Origin: Mobula hypostoma
Lineage: Eukaryota
Assembly: GCF_963921235.1 (NCBI RefSeq)
Contig: NC_086108.1
Location: forward strand, 2,728,001 to 2,792,000
DNA length: 64,000 nt
Direction of reading: 5' to 3'
Position 1 is the first letter of the stretch. Each line of letters opens with the position of its first letter. The notes beneath the pieces were generated by a model. That model was given only the letters and a program-made list of their open reading frames with translations, did not search any database and was not told the DNA's origin. Below are positions 53,551 through 63,939 of the stretch, piece by piece. The position numbers and the translations under genes were made by a program.

Positions 53551-53870
53551 TCAGTCATCAAGGACATCCACCATCCAGGCCACGCTCTCTGCTTGCTGCT
53601 TCCATCAGGAAGGAGGTATAGCAGCCTATGGACTCAGGAACAGTTATTACCCCACAACCATCAGGCTCCTGAACCAGTGTGGATAACTTCACTCACCACG
53701 ATGAGCCTCAGGTCCCACACCACCAGGTTCAGGAACAGTTATTACCCCACAACCATCAGGCTCCTGAACCAGTGTGGATAACTTCACTCACCACAACTCT
53801 GAACTGATTCCACAATCTAGGGATGAACTTTCAAGGACTTGACAACTTATATTCTTTTTTTAAAATCTAT
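53551..53870 (+). mobile_element. Rex1/Babar-like LINE 3' end (host copy 2, part 1) with internal duplication
   Basis: VIKDIHHPGHALCLLLPSGRRYSSL and SLRSHTTRFRNSYYPTTIRLLN. A 66-bp exact direct repeat lies at 53634-53699 and 53729-53794. Confidence 0.82.
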
Positions 53871-54735
53871 CAGAGAAGCACAGCACAGAAACAGGCCCTT
53901 CAGCCCATCTAGTCCATGCCAAAACTTCCATTGACCTGCAAGGGGACCACAGCCCTCCAGACGCTTGTATCTATCCTAACTTCTCTCACGTTCAAATTGA
54001 GCCCACATGCACTACTTGTGCTGGCAGTTCATTCCACATTCACACGACTCTCGGCGTGAAGAAGTTTCCCCTCATGTTTCCCTTAAAGTTCTCACCTTTC
54101 ACCTTTAACTCATGATCTCTGGCTGTAGTCAAACCTAACCTCAGTGCAAAAAGCCTGCTTGCATTTACCCTTTCTATACTGCTCATAATTTTGTATACCT
54201 CTATCAAATCTCCTCTCAAGCTTCCACCTTCTAAAGAATACAGAGCTAACCTACTCAACCTTTTCTTTTCACTCAGGTCCTCCAGACCCGCCAACGTCCT
54301 TGTAAATTTTCTTTGTACTCTTTCAACCTTATTTACATCTTTCCTGTAGGTAGGTGGCCAAAACTGCACACAATACTCCAAATTGGGCCTCACAAACGTC
54401 TTATACAACTTCAACATAACATCCCATCTCCTGTACTCAGTACTTTGATTTATGAAGGCCAATGGGCCAAAAGCTTTCTTCACAACCCTATCTACCTGTG
54501 ATGCCACTTTCAATGAATTATGTACTTGAATTCCCCAATTCGATTGTTCTACCACGCTCCTCACTGCCCTACCATTCACTGTGTAAGATCTACCCTGGCT
54601 GGTCCTACCCAAGGGCAACACCATGCACTTGTCCGCATTCAATTCCATCTGCCATTTTTCCGGCAGATGCAGATACCCCTGTAAGCTATGATAGCCTCCC
54701 TCACTGTCCACTATGCTCCCCATCTTGGTGTTATC
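53871..54735 (-). mobile_element. Degraded CR1 LINE 3' fragment
   Basis: ORF 54040-54723: KWQMELNADKC...LYKTFVRPNLEYCVQFW...LRGDLIEVYKIM...NFFTPRVV. 3' UTR CAGCACAGAAACAGGCCC at the left end. Confidence 0.92.
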
Positions 54736-54875
54736 TATCTATCTATTATTTGCAAAGTCTTTCTTCTGTAGTTCAGTTGTTTGTCAGTCTTTGTGTGTAG
54801 TTTTTCATTGATTCTATTGTAATTCTCCATTCTACAGTGAATGCCCATAGGAAACTTAAACCTCAGGATTGTATA
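54736..54875 (+). mobile_element. Rex1/Babar-like 3' UTR (host copy 2, part 2); tail resumes at 56942-56998
   Basis: TTTGTCAGTCTTTGTGTGTAGTTTTTCATTGATTCTATT is homologous to 59441-59480 and to the reverse complement of ~51180-51240. 56942-56998 is the TATGGTGACATAT...TTTGATAATAAATTTACTTTGAGCTTTGAAC tail. Confidence 0.72.
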
Positions 54876-56941
54876 CAAGACTATAAGATATAGGAGCAGA
54901 AGTAGGCCATTTGGCTCATCGAGTCTGCTCTGCCATTCAATCATGGGCTGATCCAATTCTTCCAGTCATCCCCACTCCCCTGTCTTCTCCCCATACCCTT
55001 TGATGGCCTGGCTAATCAAGAACTTATCTATCTCTGCCTTAAATGCACTTAATGACTTGGCCTCCACAGCCTCTCGTGGCAACAAATTCCACAGAATTAC
55101 CACCCTCTGACTAAAGTAATTTCTCCGCATCTCTGTTCAAAATGGGCGTCCTTCAATCCTGAAGTCATTCCCTCTTGTCATAGATTCCCCTACCATGCGA
55201 AATAACTTTGTCCTATCTAATCTGTTCAGCCTTTTAACATTCAGAATGTCTCTATGAGATCCCCCCTCATTCTCCTGAACTCCAGGGAATACAGCCCAAG
55301 AGCTGCCAGACATTCCTCATACGGTAACCCTTTCATTCCTGGAATCATTCTCGTGAATCTTCTCTGAACCCTCTCCAATGTCAGTATATCCTTTCCAAAA
55401 TAAGGAGCCCAAAACTGCACACAATACTCCATGTGTGGTCTCACGAGTGCCTTATAGAGCCTCAATATCACATCCCTGCTCTTTAATTCTGCACCTCTAG
55501 AAATGAATTCCAACATTGCATTCGCCTTCTTCACCACCAACTCAACCTGGAGGTTAACCTTTAGGGTATCCCGCACAAGGACTCCCAAGTCTCTTTGCAT
55601 CTCTGCATTTTGAATTCTCCCCCCATCTAAATAATAGTCTGCCTGTTTATTTCTTCCACCAAAGTGTATGACCATACATTTTCCAACATTGTATTTCATT
55701 TGCCACTTCTTTGCCCATTCCCCTAAACTAAGTATCTCTATTTCAACACTACCTGCTCCTCCACCTATCTTTGTATCATTGGCAAATTTAGCCACAAATC
55801 CATTAATACTGTAGTCCAAATCATTGATATACATTGTAAAAAGCAGTGGTCCCAACACCAACTCCTGTAGAACTCCACTGGTAACCGGCAGCCAGCCAGA
55901 ATAGGATCCCATTATTCCCACTCTCTGTTTTCTGCCGATCAGCCAATGCTCCACCCATGAAGTAACTCCCCTGTAATTCCATGGGCTCTTATCTTGCTAA
56001 GCAGCCTCATGTATGGCACCTTGTCAAAGGCCTTTTGAAAATCCAAGTACACCACATCTACTGCATCTCCTTTGTCTACCCTGCTTGCAACTTCCTCAAA
56101 GAATTGCAGTAGGTTTGTCAGGCAGGATTTTCCTTTCAGGAAACCATGCTGGCTTTGGCCTATCTTGTCACGTGCCTCCAGGTACTTCGTAATCTCATTC
56201 CTAACAATCGATTCCAACAACTTCCCAACCACTGATGTCAGGCTAACAGGTCTATAGTTTCCTTTCTGCTGCCTCCCACCCTTCTTAAATAGTGGAGTAA
56301 CATTTGCAATTTTCCAGTCATCTGGTACAATGCCAGAATCTATCGATTCTTGAAAGATCATCGTTAATGCCTCCCCAATCTCCCCAGTTACTTCCTTCAG
56401 AACCCAAGGGTGCATTCCATCAGGCTCAGGAGATTTATCCACCTTCAGACCATTAAGCTTCCTGAGCATCTTCTCAGTCATAATTTTCACTGCAAAAACT
56501 TCACTTCCCTGACACTCTTGAATGTCCGGTATACTGCAGATGTCTTCCACTGTGAAGACTGATGCAAAATACACATTCAGTTCCTCTGTCATCTCTGCAT
56601 CTCTCATCACAATATCTCCAGCATCATTTTGTATTGGTCCTACATCTACCCTCGACTCTCTTTTACCGTTTATGTATTTAAAAAAGCATTTAGTATCTTC
56701 TTTGATATTAGTCACCAGCTTCCTTTCATAATTCATCTTTTCCTTCCTAATGACCTTCTTAGTTTCCTTCTGCAAGTTTTTAAAAGCTTCCCAATCCTCT
56801 ACTTTCCCACGAGCTCTGTCTTCCTTGTATGTCCTCTCTTTTGCTTTTACTTTGGCTCTGACTTCACTTGTCAGCCACGGTAGTGTCCTTCTTCCCTTTG
56901 AAAAATTCTTCTTATTTGGAATATATCTGTCCTGCACTTCC
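54876..56941 (-). mobile_element. 5'-truncated CR1 LINE of a different subfamily, frameshifted RT
   Basis: ORFs 55939-57000 (PWLT, NYRPVSLTSVVGKLLE, LDFQKAFD) and 55241-55954 (YINDLD, FANDTK, RPHMEYCVQFW) are in different frames, with the shift near 55960. Tail CAAGACTATAAGATATAGG on + at 54876. Confidence 0.95.
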
Positions 56942-57299
56942 ACATATGGTGACATATGTATACACACTTTGATAATAAATTTACTTTGAGCTTTGAACAT
57001 GAGGTCATCCAGTTGTTAGCAGAGATCTATAGGAGGAAGCTTGCCGTGCTGGTTGCAGTGCTGACGGCTGGAACTGGGCATACCCAGCCACTGAGCATTC
57101 TGCGGTGCACGGAGGTTACAAAAAAGGTGTTTTCGAAACGTACGTCTTCCTTCCCCTAATCTGTTCCGACAAGCGAAGGTCTGCCCTTGTGGCTTCGAGA
57201 GTTCTGCATTGTGACATATCCTGTCTCTATTCCTGCCTGGTTCAGCATGGCTGGTGCAAACACTTCCCCAAACCAACAAACGTCAACGTAAACGCGGGA

Positions 57300-57495
57300 G
57301 GGGTTAGGTTTCGGGTTTGTAGGTTGTCAGCATGCTACGTTGGTGCTGGAAGTGTGATGACACTGATAGGCCTATCACTGGACTGTGATGGTGTTGACAC
57401 ATAACTACACATTTCACTGTATGCTTCCATTCTTTAAAAATTAAAGATCCTTATTTGTCGCGTGTACATCAAAACATACAGTGAACTGTGTTCTT
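57300..57495. mobile_element. Two SINE-like 3' remnants, tail-to-tail
   Basis: CACATTTCACTGTATGC (~57408-57424, +) faces ACATACAGTGAACTGTG (~57474-57490), its near reverse complement. Resembles a chondrichthyan SINE tail from memory. Confidence 0.5.
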
Positions 57496-57502
57496 TGAAG
57501 GA

Positions 57503-57571
57503 CAGTACTATGCAATACCCAAAGGCACAAAAATATAGTGGGTGGGGGCCTGAGACTTTTGCACGGTACTG
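57503..57571. mobile_element. Tiny degenerate MITE with Tc1/mariner-like CAGT ends
   Basis: Left CAGTACTATGCAATACCCAAAGGC versus reverse complement of right end CAGTACCGTGCAAAAGTCTCAGGC (17/24 match). The right end is followed by TA. Confidence 0.55.
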
Positions 57572-57823
57572 TAGTAATTTTATGTATTGCACTGTACTAC
57601 TGCCACAAAAAAAAACAAATTTCATGATATGCGAATGATGATGAACCTGATTCTGATATGGGTTTCTATTGTGGACTGAGAGTGGGAAGGGAGCAGGAAC
57701 AGGGGATTCATGGTTGGAAAAAGGCAAGAGAGAGGGGAGGGAGTGGGAAGCACCAGAGAGACATTCTGTAATGATCAATAAACCAATTGTTTGGAATCAA
57801 ATGACCTTGCCTGGTGTCTCAGG
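57572..57823. repeat. Unclassified interspersed repeat adjoining the MITE
   Basis: Non-coding, with an A-run, purine-rich block and ATCAATAAACC. Recalled as a frequent batoid interspersed repeat, which cannot be verified within the window. Confidence 0.4.
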
Positions 57824-57837
57824 AGACAGACAGACAG

Positions 57838-57871
<34 letters not shown>

Positions 57872-57897
57872 ACGTGCACACGCACACACACACGTGC

Positions 57898-57936
<39 letters not shown>

Positions 57937-57956
57937 GACACACACACACACACACA
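57824..57956. repeat. Compound (GACA)n(CA)n microsatellite with CG interruptions
   Basis: Directly visible, including two CACGTGCACACGCACA interruptions. Confidence 0.98.
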
Positions 57957-58404
57957 AGACCACCACATACATATCCAATTTGCAAACGAGGACAAATCAT
58001 GCAAACAGGAAAAAACAACATGGTAAACAAAAAGACATCGACTACGAACGGGCAGAGTCCCCGAAAGCGAGCCACGACGGTGGAGCCCGTTCAGTGCTGA
58101 TCAGAGTGGAGTCTCTGCCCTGAAGCTCCATGCTCGCACGGCAGCAGCTGCTCCCAAACCTGCAGCGTGCGTCCCAAGACTCCTGCACTCCCCACCAACG
58201 ATAGTAGCGAGAGGAGGGAGACTACTCAAATGCAGGCAGATGCAGCCGAACTCTGCTTCATTGAACCCACAAGTTAAGTTTGTCTTCCGCTACCAAGATG
58301 GCACCCCAACTGTACCTGCACTCTTGAGAGTCTAGTCCGCCGAATCCGCTAGATCAGTTACCTCGCTGTAGGTGGTGTTTTCCGCGCCCTTGTGTCATCA
58401 TAGA

Positions 58405-58703
58405 GCACAGAAGTGTCATGATAAAGGCAGCACAACAGCATCCTTTACTTCCTTAGAAGCTTGCACAGATTCCGCCTGTCTCCGAAAACCATGACAAACT
58501 TCTATAAATAGCGGAGAGTATCCTGACTGGTTGCATTACAGCCTGGAACTGAAACGCTTACAAAGAGTGTGGACACAACCCGGTCCATCACAGGCAAAGC
58601 CCTCGCCACCACTGAGCACATTTACACGGAGCAGAGCTCTGTCACACACATCATCGAGCCTCCTGAACCAGCCTGGATAACTTCACCCACCACTACCCTG
58701 AAC
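58405..58703 (+). mobile_element. Rex1/Babar-like LINE fragment (host copy 3, part 1); continues at 59338-59551 and 62271-62305
   Basis: Broken frames give LYFLRSLHRF..SPKTMTNFY, ESILTGCITAW and DTTRSITGKALATTEHIY. CTCCTGAACCAG..TGGATAACTTCAC is shared with host copies 1 and 2. Confidence 0.78.
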
Positions 58704-59337
58704 CATAGAACCATAGAAACTACAGCACAGAAACAGGCCCTTTGGCCCTTCTTGGCTGTGCCGAACCATTTTCTGCCTAGTCCCACTGACCTGCACACGG
58801 ACCATATCCCTCCATACACCTCCCATCCATGTATCTGTCCAACTTATTCTTAAATGTTAAAAAAGAACCCACATTTACCACCTCGTCTGGCAGCTCATTC
58901 CATACTCCCACCACTCTCTGTGTGAAGAAGCCCCTCCTAATGTTCCCTTTAAACTTTTCCCCCCTCACCCTTAACCCATGTCCTCTGGTTTTTTTCTCCC
59001 CTTGCCTCAGTGGAAAAAGCCTGCTTGCATTCACTCTATCTATACCCATCATAATTTTATATACCTCTATCAAATCTCCCTTCATTCTTCTACGATCCAG
59101 GGAATAAAGTCCTAACCTATTCAACCTTTCTCTGTAACTGAGTTTCTCAAGTCCCGGCAACATCCTTGTAAACCTTCTCTGCACTCTTTCAACCTTATTT
59201 ATATCCTTCCTGTAATTTGGTGACCAAAACTGAACACAATACTCCAGATTCGGCCTCACCAATGCCTTATACAACCTCATCATAACATTCCAGCTCTTAC
59301 ACTCAATACTACAATTAATAAAGGCCAATGTACCAAA
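58704..59337 (-). mobile_element. CR1 LINE 3' fragment with a 5-bp target-site duplication (TGAAC)
   Basis: ORF 58777-59328 (LYKALVRPNLEYCVQFWSP...FFTQRVVGVWNELP). Tail (CATAGAAC)n on +. TGAAC at 58699-58703 and 59338-59342. Confidence 0.95.
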
Positions 59338-59551
59338 TGAACTGATTCCCTGATCTGTAAACTCGCTTTCCAGGACTCTGACAACTGATGCTCCCGGTAT
59401 TGTTTTTATTTACAGTCTGTCTTCTTTTGAACACTAGTTCTTTGTCAGTCTTTATGTATAGTTCTTCATAAATTCTATTCCATTTCTTTTTTCCCTGTAG
59501 AAGTCTGCAAGAACATGAATCTAAAGGCAGTGGATGGTAACAGATACATAT
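59338..59551 (+). mobile_element. Rex1/Babar-like 3' UTR (host copy 3, part 2)
   Basis: TGAACTGATTCC...CTTTCCAGGACTCTGACAACT parallels 53800-53847. The remainder parallels 54750-54875. Confidence 0.75.
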
Positions 59552-62270
59552 CATAGAAACATAGAAACATAGAAAATAGGTGCAGGAATAGGCCATTCGG
59601 CCCTTCGAGCCTGCACTGCCATTTATTATGATCATGGCTGATCATCCAACTCAGAACCCTGCACCAGCCTTCCCTCCATACCCCCTGACCCCTGTAGCCA
59701 CAAGGGCCATATCTAACTCCCTCTTAAATATAGCCAATGAACTGGCCTCAACTGTTTCCTGTGGCAGAGAATTCCACAGATTCACCACTCTCTGTGTGAA
59801 GAAGTTTTTCCTAATCTCAGTCCTAAAGGGCTTCCCCTTTATCCTCAAACTGTGACCCCTCGTTCTGGACCTCCCCAACATCGGGAACAATCTTCCTGCA
59901 TCTAGCCTGTCCAATCCCTTTAGGATCTTATACGTTTCAATCAGATCCCCCCTCAATCTTCTAAATTCCAACGAGTACAAGCCCAGTTCATCCAGTCTTT
60001 CTTCATATGAAAGTCCTGCCATCCCAGGAATCAATCTGGTGAACCTTCTTTGTACTCCCTCTAAGGCAAGGATGTCTTTCCTCAGATTAGGGGACCAAAA
60101 CTGCACACAATACTCCAGGTGTGGTCTCACCAAGGCCTTGTACAACTGCAGTAGTACCTCTCTGCTCCTGTACTCGAATCCTCTTGCTATAAATGCCAGC
60201 ATACCATTCTCCTTTTTCACCGCCTGCTGTACCTGCATGCCCACTTTCAATGACTGGTGTATAATGACACCCAGGTCTCGTTGCACCTCCCCTTTTCCTA
60301 ATCAGCCACCATTCAGATAATAATCTGTTTTCCTATTTTTGCCACCAAAGTGGATAACTTCACATTTATCCACATTAAATTGCATCTGCCATGAATTTGC
60401 CCACTCACCCAACCTATCCAAGTCATCCTGCATCCTCTTAGCATCCTCCTCACTGCTAACACTGCCGCCCAGCTTCATGTCATCCGCAAACTTGGAGATG
60501 CTGCATTTAATTCCCTCATCCAAGTCATTAATATATATTGTAAACAACTGGGGTCCCAGCACTGAGCCTTGCGGTACCCCACTAGTCACCGCCTGCCATT
60601 CTGAAAAGGTCCCGTTTATTCCCACTCTTTGTTTCCCGTCTGCTAACCAATTCTCTAACCACATCAATACCTTACCCCCAATACCGTGTGCTTTAAGTTT
60701 GCACACTAATCTCCTGTGTGGGACCTTGTCAAAAGCCTTTTGAAAATCCAAATATACCACATCCACTGGTTCTCCCATATCCACTCTACTAGTTACATCC
60801 TCAAAAAATTCTATGAGATTCGTCAGACATATTTTCCCTTTCACAAATCCATACTGACTTTGTCCGATGATCTCACTGCTTTCCAAATGTGCTGTTATCA
60901 CATCTTTGGTAACTGACTCTAGCAGTTTCCCCACCACCGACGTTAGGCTAACCGGTCTATAATTCCCCGGTTTCTCTCTCCCTCCTTTTTTAAAAAGTGG
61001 GGTTACATTAGCCACCCTCCAATCCTCAGGCACTAGTCCAGAATCTAACAAGTTTTGAAAAAATATCACTAATGCATCCACTATTTCTTGGGCTACTTCC
61101 TTAAGCACTCTGGGATGCAGACCATCTGGCCCTGGGGATTTATCTGCCTTCAATCCCTTCAATTTACCTAACACCACTTCCCTACTAACATGTATTTCGC
61201 TCATTTCCTCCATCTCACAGGACCCTCTGTCCCCTACTATTTCTGGAAGATTATTTATGTCCTCCTTAGTGAAGACAGAACCAAAGTAATTATTCAATTG
61301 GTCTGCCATGTCTTTGCTCCCCATAATCAATTCACCTGTTTCTGTCTGCAGGGGACCTACATTTGTCTTTACCAGTCTTTTCCTGTTTACATATCTATAA
61401 AAGCTTTTACAGTCAGTTTTTATGTTCCCTGCCAGTTTTCTCTCATAATCTTTGTTCCCCTTCCTAATTAAGCCTTTTGTCCTCCTCTGCTGAACTCTGA
61501 ATTTCTCCCAGTCCTCAGGTGAGCCACTTTCTCTGGCTAATTTGTATGCTTCTTCTTTGGAATTGATACTATCCCTAATTTCTCTTGTCAGCCACGGGTG
61601 CACTACCTTCCTTGATTTATTCTTTTGCCAAACTGGGATGAACAATTGTAGTTCATCCATGCAATCTTTAAATGCTTGCCATTGCATATCCACCGTCAAT
61701 CCTTTAAGTGTCATTTGCCAGTCTATCTTAGCTAATTCATGTCTCATACCTTCAAAGTTACCCCTCTTTAAGTTCAGAACCTTTGTTTCTGAATTAACTA
61801 TGTCACTCTCCATCTTAATGAAGAATTCCACCATATTATGGTCACTCTTACCCAAGGGGCCTCTCACGACAAGATTGCTAATTAACCCTTCCTCATTGCT
61901 CAAAACCCAGTCCAGAATAGCCTGCTCTCTAGTTGGTTCCTCGACATGTTGGTTCAGAAAACCATCCCGCATACATTCCAAGAAATCCTCTTCCTCAGCA
62001 CCTTTACCAATTTGGTTCACCCAATCTACATGTAGATTGAAGTCACCCATTATAACTGCTGTTCCTTTATTGCACACATTTCTAATTTCCTGTTTAATAC
62101 CATCTCCGACCTCACTACTACTGTTAGGTGGCCTGTACACAACTCCCACCAGCGTTTTCTGCCCCTTAGTGTTACGCAGCTCTACCCATATCGATTCCAC
62201 ATCTTCCCGGCTTATGTCCTTCCTTTCTATTGCGTTAATCTCATCTTTAACCAGCAACGCCACCCCACCT
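59552..62270 (-). mobile_element. Young CR1 LINE, 5'-truncated inside the APE endonuclease domain; ORF2 broken by one nonsense codon
   Basis: APE motifs (GGVALLV, VYRPP, GDFN, LDWVL, SDH) and RT motifs (GPDG, LDFQKAFD, PQGSVLGP, FADD). ORFs 60302-62398 and 59651-60286 are in the same frame, separated by TGA at 60304-60302. (CTATGTTT)n tail. Confidence 0.97.
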
Positions 62271-62324
62271 CTTGAGAATATACTTTGAAAGTTTGAACTT
62301 TGAATCTCATTGTGTGCCTTGTAT

Positions 62325-63044
62325 TGTGGACTAGACAGGGCAGGACTTACACAGGGACATGGCAATACAGATCCATAATTCCTCGGAAGTGTCATCATAG
62401 ATAGATAGGGTCATAAGCTTTTGGCACATTGGCCTTCATAAGTCAAAGTCTTCAGTACAGGAGATGGGATGTTATGTCGAAGTTTGGTGAGGGCAAATTT
62501 GGAGTATTGTGTGCAGTTGTGATCACCTGTCTACAGAAAAGATGTCAATAAGCTTGAAAGAGTGCAGAGAAAATTTACAAGCATGTTGCTGGGACTTGAG
62601 GACCTGAGTTATAGGTTACGACTTTCTCCCCTGGAATGTAGAAGATTGAGGGGAGATTTGATAGTAGTATACAAAATTATAGGTAGGGGTTTAAAATTAT
62701 ATTAAGGGTAAATGCAGGCAAGCTATTTCCACTGGGGTTGGGTGAGACTAGGACTAAAGGTCATAGGTTATGGGAGAAAGGTCAAATATTTAAAGAGAAC
62801 ATGACAAGGAACTTCTTCACTTAAAGGGTGGTGTGCATGTAGTACGTGTTATCAGCAGAAGAGGTGGATACAGGTTCAAATGCAACATTTAAGAGAAGTT
62901 AGGATAGGTACATGGATGGGAAGGGTATGGGGGGGGGGGGCTATAGTCCAGGTGCGAGTCAATGGAACTAGGAAGAGTAACAGTTCAGCACAGATAGATG
63001 GGCCGAAGGGCGTGTTTCTGTGCTGCAGTGTTCTATACTCTATA
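62325..63044 (+). mobile_element. Degraded CR1 LINE 3' fragment ending ~47 bp from the exon donor
   Basis: AATTTGGAGTATTGTGTGCAG (NLEYCVQ), GAAAGAGTGCAGAGAAAATTTACAAG (ERVQRKFT), and a 3' UTR GATGGGCCGAAGGG..TGTTTCTGTGCTG with a CTAT-type tail. Confidence 0.9.
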
Positions 63045-63091
63045 ATCATCACCTTCACCTGGGGAAATGGAGAAAACCTATTTTTACCAAC

Positions 63092-63939
63092 CTCATATTT
63101 CACTCTCTTTTCTTCTTCCTCTCCCTCCTCCTCTTCATCCTCACTATCCTCTTCTTTGCTGCTTTCCAAATCACGGTTCCTCTTCCACTCCTGTTCAATC
63201 TCACCCTCGTGTCTCTTCTTCAAGTCCACGCTAAAGTGATGGTGTCTCTTATCCTCGATCTCCTGTTGCTCGAGGGATTGCTTGCTACCCTCTCCCTGCA
63301 GGTGGGTTCCGACCCCCAGCATCTTCATCCCTTTCTGCCCTGCTTCAAACTGATCAGTCTCTTCATCACTGGCATTCTCCTGAACTCGCTTCTCAACACT
63401 CACCGGTCCGTGCTTGTTCCCCGTGCTGCCATCATCTTTCCCTTCACCCCAGTGTTTCTTCCCTCCTTGCTGGTTTCCCAGTTCCTGCTTGGCGATCTTC
63501 TTGAGGAGCTCATCGATCTTGAGGAGGTCACGTTCCTCTTGCCCAACCTCACTGGAACTTTGATCCTCCTCAGATGACTCACCATGCCTCCTCTCAGAAC
63601 TTTCTTTGTCTTTATCAACAACCTCTTCCTTGCTCGCATGGACCACTGCCTTGGTGTCATCTTTACTGTTAACAGCTTCCTTGTCTTCGTGTTGTTCCTC
63701 CATGTTCAGCTCTTCGCTTTTCTTGTTCTGCTCTTTGCTTTTCCTGTATCGCACCATGTCTTCCTCTTCCTTTGAAAGGAGATCCTTCTTCACATGGGAT
63801 CCTCCTTGGCCATTGAGATCTTCCCCCCTTTCATCCCTCTTCTCCAAATTCTCTGCCTCATTCCACTCTGTGACTCCTGCCATCGGGTAGTTCCACTTCT
63901 TGTCACCATTGAGAGACCTTTGCTTGGCTGAACTCTCTC
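63092..63939 (-). CDS. CCER2: Large internal exon (848 nt) of an acidic granin-family secretory precursor, CCER2-like; upstream exons lie outside the window
   Basis: Acceptor ttgtgtttcttgtccacag|GA (phase 1) and donor GAG|GTTGGT (phase 0, compatible with the terminal exon). Glu/Lys-rich with about 13 dibasic sites. EKRVQENASDEETDQFEAGQKGMKMLG resembles the recalled human CCER2 segment [27 protein letters not shown], followed by a His run. The gene symbol is from memory and is less certain than the exon. Confidence 0.85.

Noticed and set aside
57669..58123. His/Thr and Cys/Val repeat ORFs
   Set aside because: Translations of the CA microsatellite.
52027..62288. Plus-strand ORFs opposite CR1 ORF2 (e.g. 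52267-52671, 60339-60743, 61542-62288)
   Set aside because: Antisense shadows of LINE coding sequence.
62271..62398. N-terminal extension of the 698-aa RT ORF (likewise the first ~20 aa of ORF 55939-57000)
   Set aside because: Chance read-in from flanking Rex tail and antisense CR1 sequence beyond the 5' truncation point, not a fusion protein.
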